NCBI RefSeq assembly: GCF_000696425.1
Contig: NW_007726576.1
Location: forward strand, 538,522-602,521
DNA from: Galeopterus variegatus
Lineage: Eukaryota
DNA length: 64,000 nucleotides
Reading direction: 5' to 3'
Under the pieces are notes generated by a model that had not been told where the DNA came from, ran no database searches, and saw only the letters and a program-made list of their open reading frames with translations. This document shows positions 47,822-58,635 of the stretch, one piece after another (the stretch's first letter is position 1; each line of letters opens with the position of its first letter). The position numbers and the translations under genes were made by a program.

Positions 47822-48002
47822 TGGGCCGGTCCGTGGCTCACTCGGGAGAGTGTGGTGCTGATAACACCAAGGCCACAGGTTCGGATCCCATATAGGGATG
47901 GCCAGTTCGCTCACTGGGTGAGCGTGGTGCTGACAAACACCAAGTCAAGGGTTAAGATCCCCACACCGGTCATCTTTAAAAAACAACAACAACAACAAAA
48001 AA
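47822..48002 (+). mobile_element. t-SINE dimer inserted in L1, TSD GTGTGGTACTG
   Basis: GGGCCGGTCCGTGGCTCACTCGGGAGAGTGTGGTGCTGATAACACCAAGGCCACAGGTTCGGATCCCATATAGGGATGGCCAGTTCGCTCACTGGGTGAGCGTGGTGCTGACAAACACCAAGTCAAGGGTTAAGATCCCCACACCGGTCATCTTTAAAAAA(CAA)n. Flanked by (T/A)GTGTGGTACTG repeats. Confidence 0.9.
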
Positions 48003-48453
48003 ACAGTGTGGTACTGAAAAACACCGATATAGAGAGTCCAGAGATAAACCCATACATCTAAGGCCAATTGATTTTTGAAAATGGTTCGAAGTCCACTCAA
48101 TAGGGAAACAAACTGTGCTGGGACAACCGGACTTCCAACATGCAAACAAACAAAGTTGGACCCCAACTTCATACCATGTAAAAATAATTGACTAAAAAAG
48201 GATCAAAGAGTTAAATTTAAGAGCTAAACCCATAAAATTCTTAAAAGAAAACACTGGAGTAAATCTTTAGACTTTGGATGGCTATGGATTCTTGGATGTG
48301 ATATCAAAAGCACAAACAAAAGAAAAAAAAAAGATAAATTGTACTTTATCAAAATTAAAAACGTATGTGCATCAAAGGACGTTACCAACAAAGTAAACAG
48401 ATAACCCACAGAATGGGAGAAAATATTTGCACATTAAAAATATCTGATAAAGC

Positions 48454-48524
48454 CGGTCCGGTACGGGGGCAACACTGAGGGTTGCGATCCGTTGCCGGAC
48501 ACGGAAAAAGACAAAAAAAAAAAA
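48454..48524 (+). mobile_element. 5'-truncated t-SINE (third unit of trimer only), with TSD
   Basis: GCCGGTCCGGTACGGGGGCAACACTGAGGGTTGCGATCCGTTGCCGGACACGGAAAAAGAC + A14. Direct repeat ATCTGATAAAG at 48443-48453 and 48525-48535. Confidence 0.8.
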
Positions 48525-48535
48525 AATCTGATAAA

Positions 48536-48620
48536 GGGTTAAAGCACAGCCTTATAATAACAAGGTCAAGGGTTCACCTCCCTGTGTGGTAGGCCAGCCA
48601 CCAAAACAAAACAAAAGAAC
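48536..48620 (+). mobile_element. t-SINE monomer, 5'-truncated
   Basis: GGTTAAAGCACAGCCTTATAATAACAAGGTCAAGGGTTCACCTCCCTGTGTGGTAGGCCAGCCACC with a (CAAAA)n-like tail. Confidence 0.6.
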
Positions 48621-48629
48621 AAAAAGAGC

Positions 48630-48712
48630 AGGTTGGCTGTTTAGCTCAGTTGGTTCTAACTGAGAACCTTAGAACACCAAGGTCAGCCACCTTCAAAAAA
48701 AACAAAAAACAA
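48630..48712 (+). mobile_element. t-SINE monomer (degenerate)
   Basis: GCAGGTTGGCTGTTTAGCTCAGTTGGTTCTAACTGAGAACCTTAGAACACCAAGGTCAGCCACC with an A-rich tail. Confidence 0.6.
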
Positions 48713-50762
48713 GTATCTAATAAGGGATTAATATCCAGAATATATGAACAACTACAATTCACCAACAAGACAGACAATCGAATTCAAAAGTGGGCAAAGG
48801 ACTTGAACAGACATTTCTTCAGAGAAGATACACAAACTGCCAATAAGCACATGAAAAGATGCTCAACATCATTACTCCTTAGGGAAATGCAAATCAAATC
48901 ACAAAATGAGATACCACTCTTCGCCTGTTACATGGCTATTAAAAAAACGCCAATGGAAAACAATAACAGTTGGTAACGATGTGGAGAAACTGGAACCTTC
49001 TTACATTGGTGCTAGGAATGTAAAATGGCACAGCTACTGTGGAAAACTGTCAGGCAGTTCCTCAAAAAGTTAAACATAAAATCAACCTATGACCCAGCAA
49101 TTCCACACGGAGGTATATACCCCCAAAGAATTGAAAACACAGACTCAAACAGGTATCTGTATACCAATGTTCACTGCAGCATTATTCACAATAGCCAAAA
49201 GGTGAAAGCAACCCAAGTGCCCATAAGTGGATAAACCAATAAAATGTGATATATACATACAATGAAATATTATTCAGCCTTGAAAAGAAAGAAAATCCTT
49301 ACGCATGTCACAACATAGATGAAACTTAAAAGTATTACGCTAAGTGAAATAAGCCAGACACAAAACACATATTTATGATTCCACTTAGACGAGGTGCCTA
49401 GAACAGGCAAATTTACTGAGACAAAGTAGATTAGAGGTTATCAGGGACTGGGGGGAGAGGTGAAATGGGGAGTTACTGTTTCATGGTTACAAAGTCTGTG
49501 CAATGATTTTAAAAAAGGTTTTGGATATGGTAATGGTTGCACAACATTGCGAATGTAATTAATGCCACTGAATTTTACATTTAAAAATGATTAAAATGGC
49601 TAATTTTATGATATATGTATAATTATAATAAAAATATCCTTTACCTATTGTGTCTTTTGCCCATTTCATTGCTCATTTATGAGACTTTTTCTTTTTCATA
49701 CTTATGGCTATTAAATCTTTGTCATATATATTCCAAATTTTTGCTTAAATCCCAACAAGCAAGAACATATCTGCAACATGGTTGTCTGCATGAACTGCAG
49801 AGCACCATTCCAGCTATACACTTAACATCTGCCTGATTTTATTCATACTTCTACCATGGCAATAAACCTTCCCAGCTGAGTGCCAAGAACTGCTGCCTCC
49901 CACTTTACCCTTCAGTCATACCTACACCGCCCTCCAATCATTCTGCAGTGTGTAGAATGACCAAGTATCAATATTTAGTAGTATTAGGAACAAAGAAATA
50001 ATGGAAAATCTTAAAATCTTAACTTTTAAAGATACTCCTGAAAATCCTTAAAATTTAAAAATAACACTCGTACAGTCATGCACCCCACAACAACTCTTCA
50101 GTCAATGATGAAACACATATACAATGGTGGTCCCATAAGATTATAATGGAGCTGGAGGTGTGTAGTGGGCTATACCACCATTTAGGTTTGTGAAAGTACA
50201 CTCCATGATGTTCACATAAATATGAAATCACCTAAGGACGTGTTTATCAGAAAGTCATTAAGCAACACAAAACTGTAGTTTAAGAGGACATCAATACAGT
50301 TTTACGGCTCAGCTACATTAATTGGGTCAGGGATCAGTTGATTATATCAGTTAAGAATAAATGCATATTCTTTTTAGCAAAACTGTGTACAAAAGGAAAA
50401 CTATCATGTACAACTTTGTAAGAGCTTCTACGACGGTATAGTTTAAACCGAAGAAATTAAACAAAGGTGAGACAGCATAGTTGTTTTCTTAAACAACTAT
50501 GCTTCTTAGCCTGAATGAATGCGGGAAGAAAGAAAAAGAAATCTTAGTCGATAATATGCAGTATTGCCTGAAAGAGAGTAATATGCTTGGTCTTGGTAGA
50601 AACATCACATGAAGAGTTATATGTTTGTAGGAGAGTGTAGGAATATGCTAATTTCATCAATAACAGGTCACGAGAACAAATGACCCTTGTTTGTATGTGT
50701 TTATAAAAATAGTGGTAAATCTGTCATTCAATACACTGCTTTTAAAATAAACACTATTTTGT

Positions 50763-50838
50763 GGCCGGCCCATGGCTCACTTGAGAGAGTGTGGTGCTAA
50801 CAACACCAAGCCAAGGGTTAAGATCCCCTTTCCAGTCA

Positions 50839-50870
<32 letters not shown>
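50763..50870 (+). mobile_element. t-SINE monomer, A34 tail
   Basis: GGCCGGCCCATGGCTCACTTGAGAGAGTGTGGTGCTAACAACACCAAGCCAAGGGTTAAGATCCCCTTTCCAGTCATCTTT + A34. Confidence 0.8.
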
Positions 50871-50874
<4 letters not shown>

Positions 50875-51595
50875 CCAAAAACCTCCACTGTTTATTCTCA
50901 AATGGGCCAAAAAATTTTGTTTATAAACAGAGAAAAAAAAAGATAAGGCAAATATAAATTATTAACAACTGAGGAATCAGGGTGAAGGTATATGAGATTC
51001 TATACAGTTCTCACAACCTTCCTGATGATTAAAAAAAAAAACTAGTTGATTTAGTAAATTTTACTTCTACATTAACAGTTATAAATTTAATGCTTCTTGT
51101 CAATGAAATTTAATCTATTTAATGAGAATGAGGGTATTAACATCAATTCTCAAGTATTAAGGACATCTCAATTCTAGCTCCAGATTTAATTTACTGGTAA
51201 TTGTTCACAAGCCTTTGTTTCAGCAGTTTTGCTTCATTCATTCACTCAACAAACATGTACTGAATGTGGTCACAATGTGTCAGGAACCTTTAAGTTCTAG
51301 GGACATAACAGTACACAAAATCAGATAAAGTCCCTGAATTAAAAGTCCTTTTATAGAAGAGTCATGTAAATCCAAATATTGCCCAAGACTTCACCATATG
51401 TTAAGAAATTTATGATAGCCCCGGGATTTATAAATGTCTTCAAAATTCCAGGAATAGTCTATTTTCTTCATCACAAAAGTTTTCTTTTAGCTTAACCAGT
51501 GAGCCAAACTAAAAGGTGAGAGATGGTACTCCTATCCTACCAGATCATATACACTAAGATCACTAGTTTAATATTTTGTTTTAAAAAAAAATCTC

Positions 51596-51706
51596 GGGGC
51601 TAGCCAGTTAGCTCAGTTGGTTAGAGTGCAGTATTATAATACCAAGGTCAAGGGTTCAGATCCTCATACTGGCCAGCCACCAAAAAAAAAAAAAAAAAAA
51701 AAAAAC
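51596..51706 (+). mobile_element. t-SINE monomer (tRNA-Ile-like), A28 tail
   Basis: GGGGCTAGCCAGTTAGCTCAGTTGGTTAGAGTGCAGTATTATAATACCAAGGTCAAGGGTTCAGATCCTCATACTGGCCAGCCACC + A28. Confidence 0.85.
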
Positions 51707-52199
51707 CTCAAGGCCAACAAGTCTGAGTGCATTATGAATACAAAATGTTTAGGAAAAAGGTGAAAGTAGATTAAGGATTTCAATGGATTTCTATTAGCTT
51801 GGGGTTTTTTCTAAAACCTGCTTAATGGAACAACTTAAGCAGTTTTCCACCGTACACAAAGGTTACAGATTATTATCCTTTCTAGAAGTGTGTTAATAAT
51901 AGAAGTAAAAATATCTGGTCTGTTTTAGCACCACTTTAAGATCAACAAGAATCACATAAGAAACAATCAATATTCAATGAAAAACAATACATGAATATAT
52001 GTCAGTTAAAGTCAAAAGTTCTTTTTAAGTATCACTGGAAACAAATCTTTGTCATGCAGATACAAATTTACACATTCCTTCCTAAAGGATCTCATAGGAA
52101 CTAAACCTTAGTGTATTCCCTTAAATTAAAGGACCATATAATTTAGGAAAAAGCCAAGCAAGACAAAAATAATTCATAGATAAAATGTTCTTTTTAAAA

Positions 52200-54160
52200 C
52201 AGAGGAAACAGAAAACAGAAGAGATGACAGATTTAAACCCAAATATTAACAGCAATGGCAGCAAACTAAAAAACACATACAAACAAACAAAAACCAGCAA
52301 TGGCAACAAATGTAAATAGATCAGATATTTCAGTTCTAAAACAAGATTATCAGACTAGATTAAAAACCAAAGCCAAAACAAACAAACAAACAAAAAGTTA
52401 ACTTTACCAGGAAGATTTAATGATTCCAAATCAAAACTAAAAAAAAAAAAAAAAAAAAAAAAAAGCGAAAACATGGTTAGCTCCATTGCTTAGAGCATGG
52501 TGCTGATAACACCAAGGTTCAGGGTTCCATCCCCCGAAAAAAGCAAAAATTATGTAATTACAGAAAGACTAATTTCCAACCAAAATGGGAGATTTGAACA
52601 CCTTTCCCCAGTAAAACTGATAGAAAATGCAGCCAAAAGAAAAAAAAAGAAGGAAAGGATACAGACTATCTGAACAGCACAATTAGCAAACCTGACCTAT
52701 TTGACCAGGCACTAAACAACTGTGGAACATACATTTTCCAGTGTACTTTGAAACACTAAAAATAAAAGTGACAGCCGCATTTTTAATTTGCTTTTAACTT
52801 TCAGAGGAAAAATGTATAAGTGCGTTTTGCTCAGCTTAAGAATGATCCTGTAGCCACTAAGGCAGTTAAGCACATAAAGCTTAATAAGCAAGTGTGGGAA
52901 CTTGCAACACGGTCAAAATTAGTTTAAAAAATGTTTTGTTTATCTTAAAGAAAAATATAGTCAGTTAAACATAAAATAATAATAGTTTAAACAATAATCA
53001 TGAGTGATTTAGAGTCACCAGATGCTTGCTTCTACTTTTGCTTCACAGATATGTTGTTTTTTGCAGATTTTGAGACTGGGGTGGCCTCAACCATGTAGAT
53101 CATCTGATAGCCAGACAAGCTGACACCAAGAACCAAAACAGATCAAGATCAGGGAAGATGCTGAAACATGCACAAGAGCCAACCAACCAGAGATGTCCAT
53201 AACCTATTCACAAGCCCTAACTCCCTACCTTAACTTTTGCTTTTGAAAACCCATGACTGAAAGCCAACATGGAGTTCTGGTTTAAAGTGACAGCTTCTCG
53301 TTCTCTTTGCTTGGCCGTGCAATAAAGTCTGCACTTTCTTCACTGCAAATCTCAGTGTTCACTGATGGGCTTAGCTGAGTATGAGGCAGGTGGACCTCCC
53401 TTGTTTGGCAACAAAAATGACCACTGCTGGACCATAAAGCATGTTTCAACAAATTTCAGACTACAACAATGTAGAGACTATTCTCTGACCAAAAAGCAAT
53501 TAAACTAGAAATCATTTTTAAAAAGATAAATAAAATATTCCCAAATGTTTGGAAATGAATATACTTGTATAAAAATTCATGGAAATTGGAAAATATTTTT
53601 ATCTGAACGATAACAAACACATTACATAACACAACTTATGAGCTGCAGCTAAACTAAGATTAGAGGGTAGTCTTAAAGGCATATAATTTGAAGGAAAATA
53701 AAAGGCTGAAATACAATGAGCTAAGGCCAGTAAATTAAGGGACAAAGATAATAAAGATAAAGCAGAAATTAATGAAATAAAAAAATAACCGTATAAATAA
53801 GAAAACCAACAAAACTTGGTTCTTAAAATCAACAAAAGTACTAAACCTTGGGTAGAACAATGAAGAAAAACAGAGAAGGCACAAATAATCTCACTTCATA
53901 TCAGACATTCAAAGATCATTAAGAGGACATCACGAAGAACCTTACACCTATAAATTTAAAAATGTACCTAAAATGTGCACATCCTTAGAAAATATAACTT
54001 TTTAAAACATCGGAATAAGCCTATAACTATAAAAGATAACAGTTTCTAATTTAAAAACTTTTCCAAAAGTAAATTTGAGATGGCATCATGGTCAAATTCT
54101 ACCAGACATTCACAAGAAAATCCCTGAGAACTAGAATTTGAACCCAACTTCCATCACTAA
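52200..54160 (+). mobile_element. LINE-1 fragment (ORF2 5' half), in MPHOSPH8 intron 1
   Basis: Recognisable L1 ORF2 segments, e.g. GGGAGATTTGAACACCTTTCCCCAGTAAAACTGATAGAAAATGCAGCCAAAAG, CTCTGACCAAAAAGCAATTAAACTAGAAATCA, GCAGAAATTAATGAAATAAAAAAATAACCGTATAAATAAGAAAACCAACAAAACTTGGTTCTTAAAATCAACAAAAGTACTAAACC and CAGACATTCAAAGATCATTAAGAGGA. Boundaries are approximate. Confidence 0.6.
52465..52548 (+). mobile_element. t-SINE monomer (degenerate) adjacent to an A26 tract
   Basis: GCGAAAACATGGTTAGCTCCATTGCTTAGAGCATGGTGCTGATAACACCAAGGTTCAGGGTTCCATCCCCCGAAAAAAGC. Confidence 0.6.
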
Positions 54161-55099
54161 AGTCTAACTCTCCTTTACTGACTTACACATGTAAGTTTCT
54201 TAGTTTCATCCACTTCAGACTAAAATATGAAGCTTTAGATACCGTGCCTACAATTCTTTGAGACCGGCAAAATCAAATACTGACCGAATGAATGGCTGAA
54301 TCATCTTAACTTTCTAAATATCTTCTATGTGCCAAGCACTGTGTTAAATGCCGGCAATATAAAACAGTCTAAGATTGACTTCTCTCACCTCAGGTGCTTA
54401 CAATATATTTGGGGAAATTACACTTAAAAAAATTCTATCTTTACTGTACTGCAACTAACAACAATATTAATGACACTGGACTTCGATTACTTAACTCCCC
54501 TGGACAGGAGAACTTTACAGTATCAGCAACTATGTATGTTTGAATTAATCTCTATACAGTCCAGATCTCACAAAGCATCTGGCACATGGTAGCTGCTGAA
54601 TGAATGGACAATAAAATTAACACAGGCAGCATACATGACAAATGAGAAATAATAGATAATGAAAAGAATACAACACAGAGAACGACCACTGCATGAGACC
54701 TTTGGTCACCTCACCCCATCTTCTAAAACAGATTTTCCTATTGTCCACGATTTCCCGCTTTTCCCTCCCCTAACCTCCAGCCCACAACTCATTCGCTCAT
54801 TTAATAATCTGGTACTAAGAAGTCACTGCATGCCAGGCACTGGACTAAGTACCAGTAATGCAAAAATTAATAAAAATCACATCCCCTGGAGTAAAGGAGC
54901 CCACAATCTAGTGGGAGAGACGAACGTAACGGACGATACTGCCTTAAACGCCCTACAGAAGTCTACAGTACGTGGAATAAAGCAGAGATGAGAAAGCACT
55001 CTGCAGGGATCAGGATCAACAACTACTCTCACAGAGAAATGGGCCCAGAGGCTTTGAAAGACTTAGTAGGATTTCACCAGAAGAGACGGAAGAGAACAG

Positions 55100-56120
55100 G
55101 GCAGACGGGAGAACGGTTAGCGCCGAGGCGCGGCGTGACGACGAACCTCACGTGTGGCCGCGCGGCTACAATCATCTAACGCGCAGGGGAGAGACGGACA
55201 ACGGGAATTCCGCAAGATTTCAGAGCAGAGAACTGACCACGGTGTCGGGAAACACCGTCAGTGACGGCCGCGGAAGTCCTGCACAGCTGCCTGCACGCTC
55301 GCGCCATCCTCACACGCACGCCGCACACTGCTTCGTCCCTTCTGCCGAAGGGTCCTCTCTAACTTCTGGACGTGTCCTCCACAGACGCCGACCTAGGAGT
55401 CCACTGGGAAGCATCGTCCCGCCTCTCCCGAGACCCGCGCCAACGGTCGCGTCCACAATCGCGGGCGTTCCCAGCTCGGCCCTCCCCTCCCGCCCCCCCG
55501 CTCCAGGACCCCCGCGGACCCCCGCGCTTCACGTCCAGGACCTTCGCCGCCGCACACACGCCCTCGCCGGAAAACCCACGTACCCCCTCAGTCTTCACGT
55601 CCAGGATCTTCTCCACCTCGAATACGTTCTCCTCGTCCTCCTCGCTGTCCCTCACGGCCTCCGCTCCTTTTGCGGCTGCATCCTTTCGCCCCGATTCCTC
55701 TTCGGCTTCGGGCAACTCATCATTGCCGTCGCCACCTGACACAAGAACTGCGGTCACACTCGTTGCCTCCGCAACGGGAGCCACTGCCGCCATCGTAGGA
55801 GCTCCGCAAACTGCCAAAAAAAGCAGCTGCGACACACACTACGGCGGCGTGACCGGGCTGGGAGGGATACCGGCCAATGGCGGGCCCGAGATCGTGGAGT
55901 GACACGCACAGGAACCAATCATGTAAAGGCTGGCACGGCGGAGCCTACGGGAAGCGGGTGGGCGGGCCCCAGGACGCCTGGGGCGGAAGAACGTCGTCTG
56001 GGGGCGGGTGGAAGGGGTCGCGGGGTGGCGGGGCTGCCGGTCGCTCTGGAGAAGGGAGGAGAGCCCGGGAAGTCCTGGAGGGGCGGAGCGGGGCTCAGGC
56101 GCGCAGGGCGGAATGACAGG
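55100..56120 (-). promoter_or_regulatory. MPHOSPH8: CpG island / putative MPHOSPH8 core promoter and 5' UTR
   Basis: About 1 kb of very high GC with dense CpG dinucleotides, in contrast to the AT-rich flanks. It contains the exon-1 ATG. The TSS cannot be fixed from sequence alone but should lie within about 55800-56000. Confidence 0.6.
55584..55793 (-). CDS. MPHOSPH8: MPHOSPH8 exon 1 (coding part): acidic N-terminus
   Basis: Minus-strand ATG at 55793-55791. Translation MAAVAPVAEATSVTAVLVSGGDGNDELPEAEEESGRKDAAAKGAEAVRDSEEDEENVFEVEKILDVKTEG (70 codons), ending at donor GTACGTGGG (GT at 55583-55582). Lies inside a CpG island. The EDxxVFEVEKILDxKTEG motif matches the MPP8 N-terminus just before the chromodomain. 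Confidence 0.88.
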
Positions 56121-56127
56121 GCCACAT

Positions 56128-56243
56128 CCGCATTACATTTTTATTTTTATTATTTTTTGGTGGCTGGCAAGTACAGGGACAGAACCCGTACACTTGATAT
56201 CATAAGGCTGTGCTCTAACCAACTGGGTAACCGGCCAGCCCTC
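56128..56243 (-). mobile_element. t-SINE monomer immediately upstream of the MPHOSPH8 CpG island
   Basis: rc of GGGCTGGCCGGTTACCCAGTTGGTTAGAGCACAGCCTTATGATATCAAGTGTACGGGTTCTGTCCCTGTACTTGCCAGCCACCAAAAAATAAT. Confidence 0.75.
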
Positions 56244-56465
56244 ACATGCGTTTTAGGAGAATCATTCTGCGTACACTAAGGAGACTAGATTGTATGCCAG
56301 TAAGTCAGATAACTGGAAGAAATGAATAAATACCTGGAAATATACAATGTACCACTACTGAGTCATGAAGAAATAACTGAAGCAGTGGTCAAAAATTTCA
56401 AAAAAGAAAAGCTCAAGACCAGATGGCTTCACTGGGGAATTCTACCAAATATTTAAAGAAGAACT

Positions 56466-56645
56466 GGGCCGGCCCGTGGCTCACTCGGGAGAGTGTGGTG
56501 CTGATAACACCAAGGCCCCGGGTTCAGATCCCATATAGGGATGGCCGGTTCGCTCACTGGCTGAGTGTGGTGCTGACAACACCAAGTCAAGGGTTAAGAT
56601 CCCCTTACCGGTCATCTTTAAAAATAAATAAATAAATAAAAATAA
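56466..56645 (+). mobile_element. t-SINE dimer inserted in L1
   Basis: GGGCCGGCCCGTGGCTCACTCGGGAGAGTGTGGTGCTGATAACACCAAGGCCCCGGGTTCAGATCCCATATAGGGATGGCCGGTTCGCTCACTGGCTGAGTGTGGTGCTGACAACACCAAGTCAAGGGTTAAGATCCCCTTACCGGTCATCTTTAAAAATAAATAAATAAATAAAAATAAAG. Flanking AAGAAGAA repeats. Splits L1 ORF2 homology. Confidence 0.9.
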
Positions 56646-57037
56646 AGAAGAATTAAGACCAGTATTCTTCAAGCTCTCCCAAAAAGTTGGAGAGGAGGGA
56701 ACACTTCCAAACTGATACTATGAGGCCAATATTACCCTGATACCAATGCTAGATGCTACAAGAAAACTATAGACCATATTCCTGATGAGTATTACAAAAA
56801 TCCTCAATAAAATACTAGAAAACAGGATTCAATAGCACGTTAAAAGGATTATATATCATGAAGTGATATTTATTCCTGAAATGTAAGAATGATTCACCAT
56901 ATGCAAATCAATGAATGTAATACACCTCATTTACAGAATGACAAGAAAAACAAGGTGTAATTATTTCAGTTGATGCAGAAATGCATTTGACAAAGTTCAA
57001 CACCCTTTCATGATAAAAACATTCAGCAGGGCTGGCT

Positions 57038-57125
57038 GGTTAGCTCAGCTGGCTAGAATGCAGCCTTATAACACCAAGGTCACAGGTTTGACCCCCATAC
57101 CAACCAGCTGGCAAAAAAGAAAAAA
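57038..57125 (+). mobile_element. t-SINE monomer in L1
   Basis: GGGCTGGCTGGTTAGCTCAGCTGGCTAGAATGCAGCCTTATAACACCAAGGTCACAGGTTTGACCCCCATACCAACCAGCTGGC followed by A-rich tail. Confidence 0.8.
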
Positions 57126-58094
57126 AGAATTGCAACAAACTAGGAAAAGAAGGAAACTACTTCAACATAATAAAGGCCATGTATGAAAAGCTCACATGGA
57201 GCATCATATTCAAGGAAAAATTGAAAGCCTGTCTATGATGAGGAATAAGGCAAGAATGTACACTCTTGCCACTTCTATGCTACATAGTACTGTAAGTCCT
57301 AGCCAGAGCAATTAGGCAAGAAAAAGAAATAAAAGCCATCCAAGTTGGAAAGGAAGAAGTGAAATTATCTCTATTAGCAGGTGACATGATCTTATAAGCA
57401 GAAAACCCTAAAGATTTCACCGAAAAACTGTTAGCACCAATAAATGAATTCAGCAAACTTGCAGGATACAAAATCAAGACACCCCCCCCAAAAAAAGTTG
57501 TGTTTCTATACACCAACAATGAACATTCCAAAAGGAAAATTAAGAAAACAATCCATCTACAATAACATCACAAAGAATAAAATATGAGAGGGAGGGGACC
57601 TGCTGGGGTGGGGAAACGTTGGTCATATGATACAAAATTTCAGTTAGATAGGATGAATAAGTTCAAGAGATCTATTGCACAACATGGGGACTATACTTAA
57701 TAACAATGTACTATAGTCTGGAAAATTGCTGAGAGTAGATTTTAAGTGTTCTCACCACAAAAAAATGACAAGTATGTGAAGTAATGCATATGTTAGTTAG
57801 CTCTATTTAGCCATTCCACAATGTATACATATTTCAAAACATTATATACAATAAATATAATAAATATATGCAATTTTTATTTGTCAATTAAAAATAAAAT
57901 GCTTAGGGATAAACTTAACCATGGGGGTGAAAGGACTGAAAACTACAAAACAATGCTGAAAGAAATGAAAGGATGCAAATAAATGAAAAGACATCCTGTG
58001 TTCATGGATTGGGAGACTTAACATTGTAAAAATGTCCATGCTACCCAAAGTGATGAATAGTTCATTGCAATCCCTATCAAAATCCCAATGGTGG

Positions 58095-58135
58095 GCTGGC
58101 CGGTTAGCTCAGTTGGTTATAGCATGGCCCTGATA
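58095..58135 (+). mobile_element. t-SINE monomer, 3'-truncated
   Basis: GGGCTGGCCGGTTAGCTCAGTTGGTTATAGCATGGCCCTGATAAAAATC. Confidence 0.5.
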
Positions 58136-58547
58136 AAAATCACAAAGGCCTTATTTGTAGAAATTTAATAAAAGATCCTAAAATTCATATAGAATATCAA
58201 AGGACCACCCTGAATATCCAAGCCAATCTTGAAAAAGAACAAAATTGGAGACCTCAACACTTCCTGATTTCAAAACAAATGACAAAGGTATGGTAATCAA
58301 AATAGTGTGTTGCTGTCTTAAAGACTGACATATAGACCAATGGAACAGATTGGAGGGCCCAGAAATAAACCCTCATGAAAACAGTCAAGTGATCTCTGAG
58401 AAGGTTGCCACACAATTGGGAAAGGACAGCTTCTTTAACAAATGGTGATAAGAAAACGGGATATCCCAATGGAAAAAATAGATATCCACCATACAAAAAA
58501 ATATGGATATCCATCATGTAAAAAAATTAGCTCAAAATGCATTGAAG

Positions 58548-58635
58548 GCTGGCAGTTTAGTTCAGTTGGTTAGAGTACAGTGTTATAACACTAAGGTCAA
58601 GGGTTTGGATACCCTTACCAGCCAGCCACAAAAGG
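58548..58635 (+). mobile_element. t-SINE monomer in L1
   Basis: GGCTGGCAGTTTAGTTCAGTTGGTTAGAGTACAGTGTTATAACACTAAGGTCAAGGGTTTGGATACCCTTACCAGCCAGCCAC. Confidence 0.75.

Larger units (their letters stand above)
46978..49640 (+). mobile_element. LINE-1 fragment (ORF2 3' half + 3' UTR), interrupted by 5 t-SINE insertions
   Basis: Collinear nucleotide similarity to mammalian L1 ORF2, e.g. ...GCAGGATACAAAA..AA.ACACAGAAATCGGTTGTGTTTCTAAACACCTGCAATGAACAATCTGA.AAGAAAATTAAG...CATTTCCATTTACAATAGCATCTAAAAGAATAAAATACCTAGGAATAAATTTAACCAAGGAGGTGGAAGACATAAACTAAAAACTATAAAACACTGCTAAAAGAAATTAAA and ...ATGAGATACCACTCTTCGCCTGTTACATGGCTATTAAAAAAACGCC. The ORF is disrupted by stops and SINEs. Confidence 0.8.

Noticed and set aside
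55152-56279. Plus-strand ORFs of 126-195 aa across the CpG island (55152..55739, 55372..55902, 55877..56116, 55899..56279)
   Set aside because: They are antisense to MPHOSPH8 exon 1 and 5' flank, Arg/Pro/Gly/Ala-rich, with no domains. This is typical CpG-island ORF noise. A divergent non-coding transcript remains possible but unproven.
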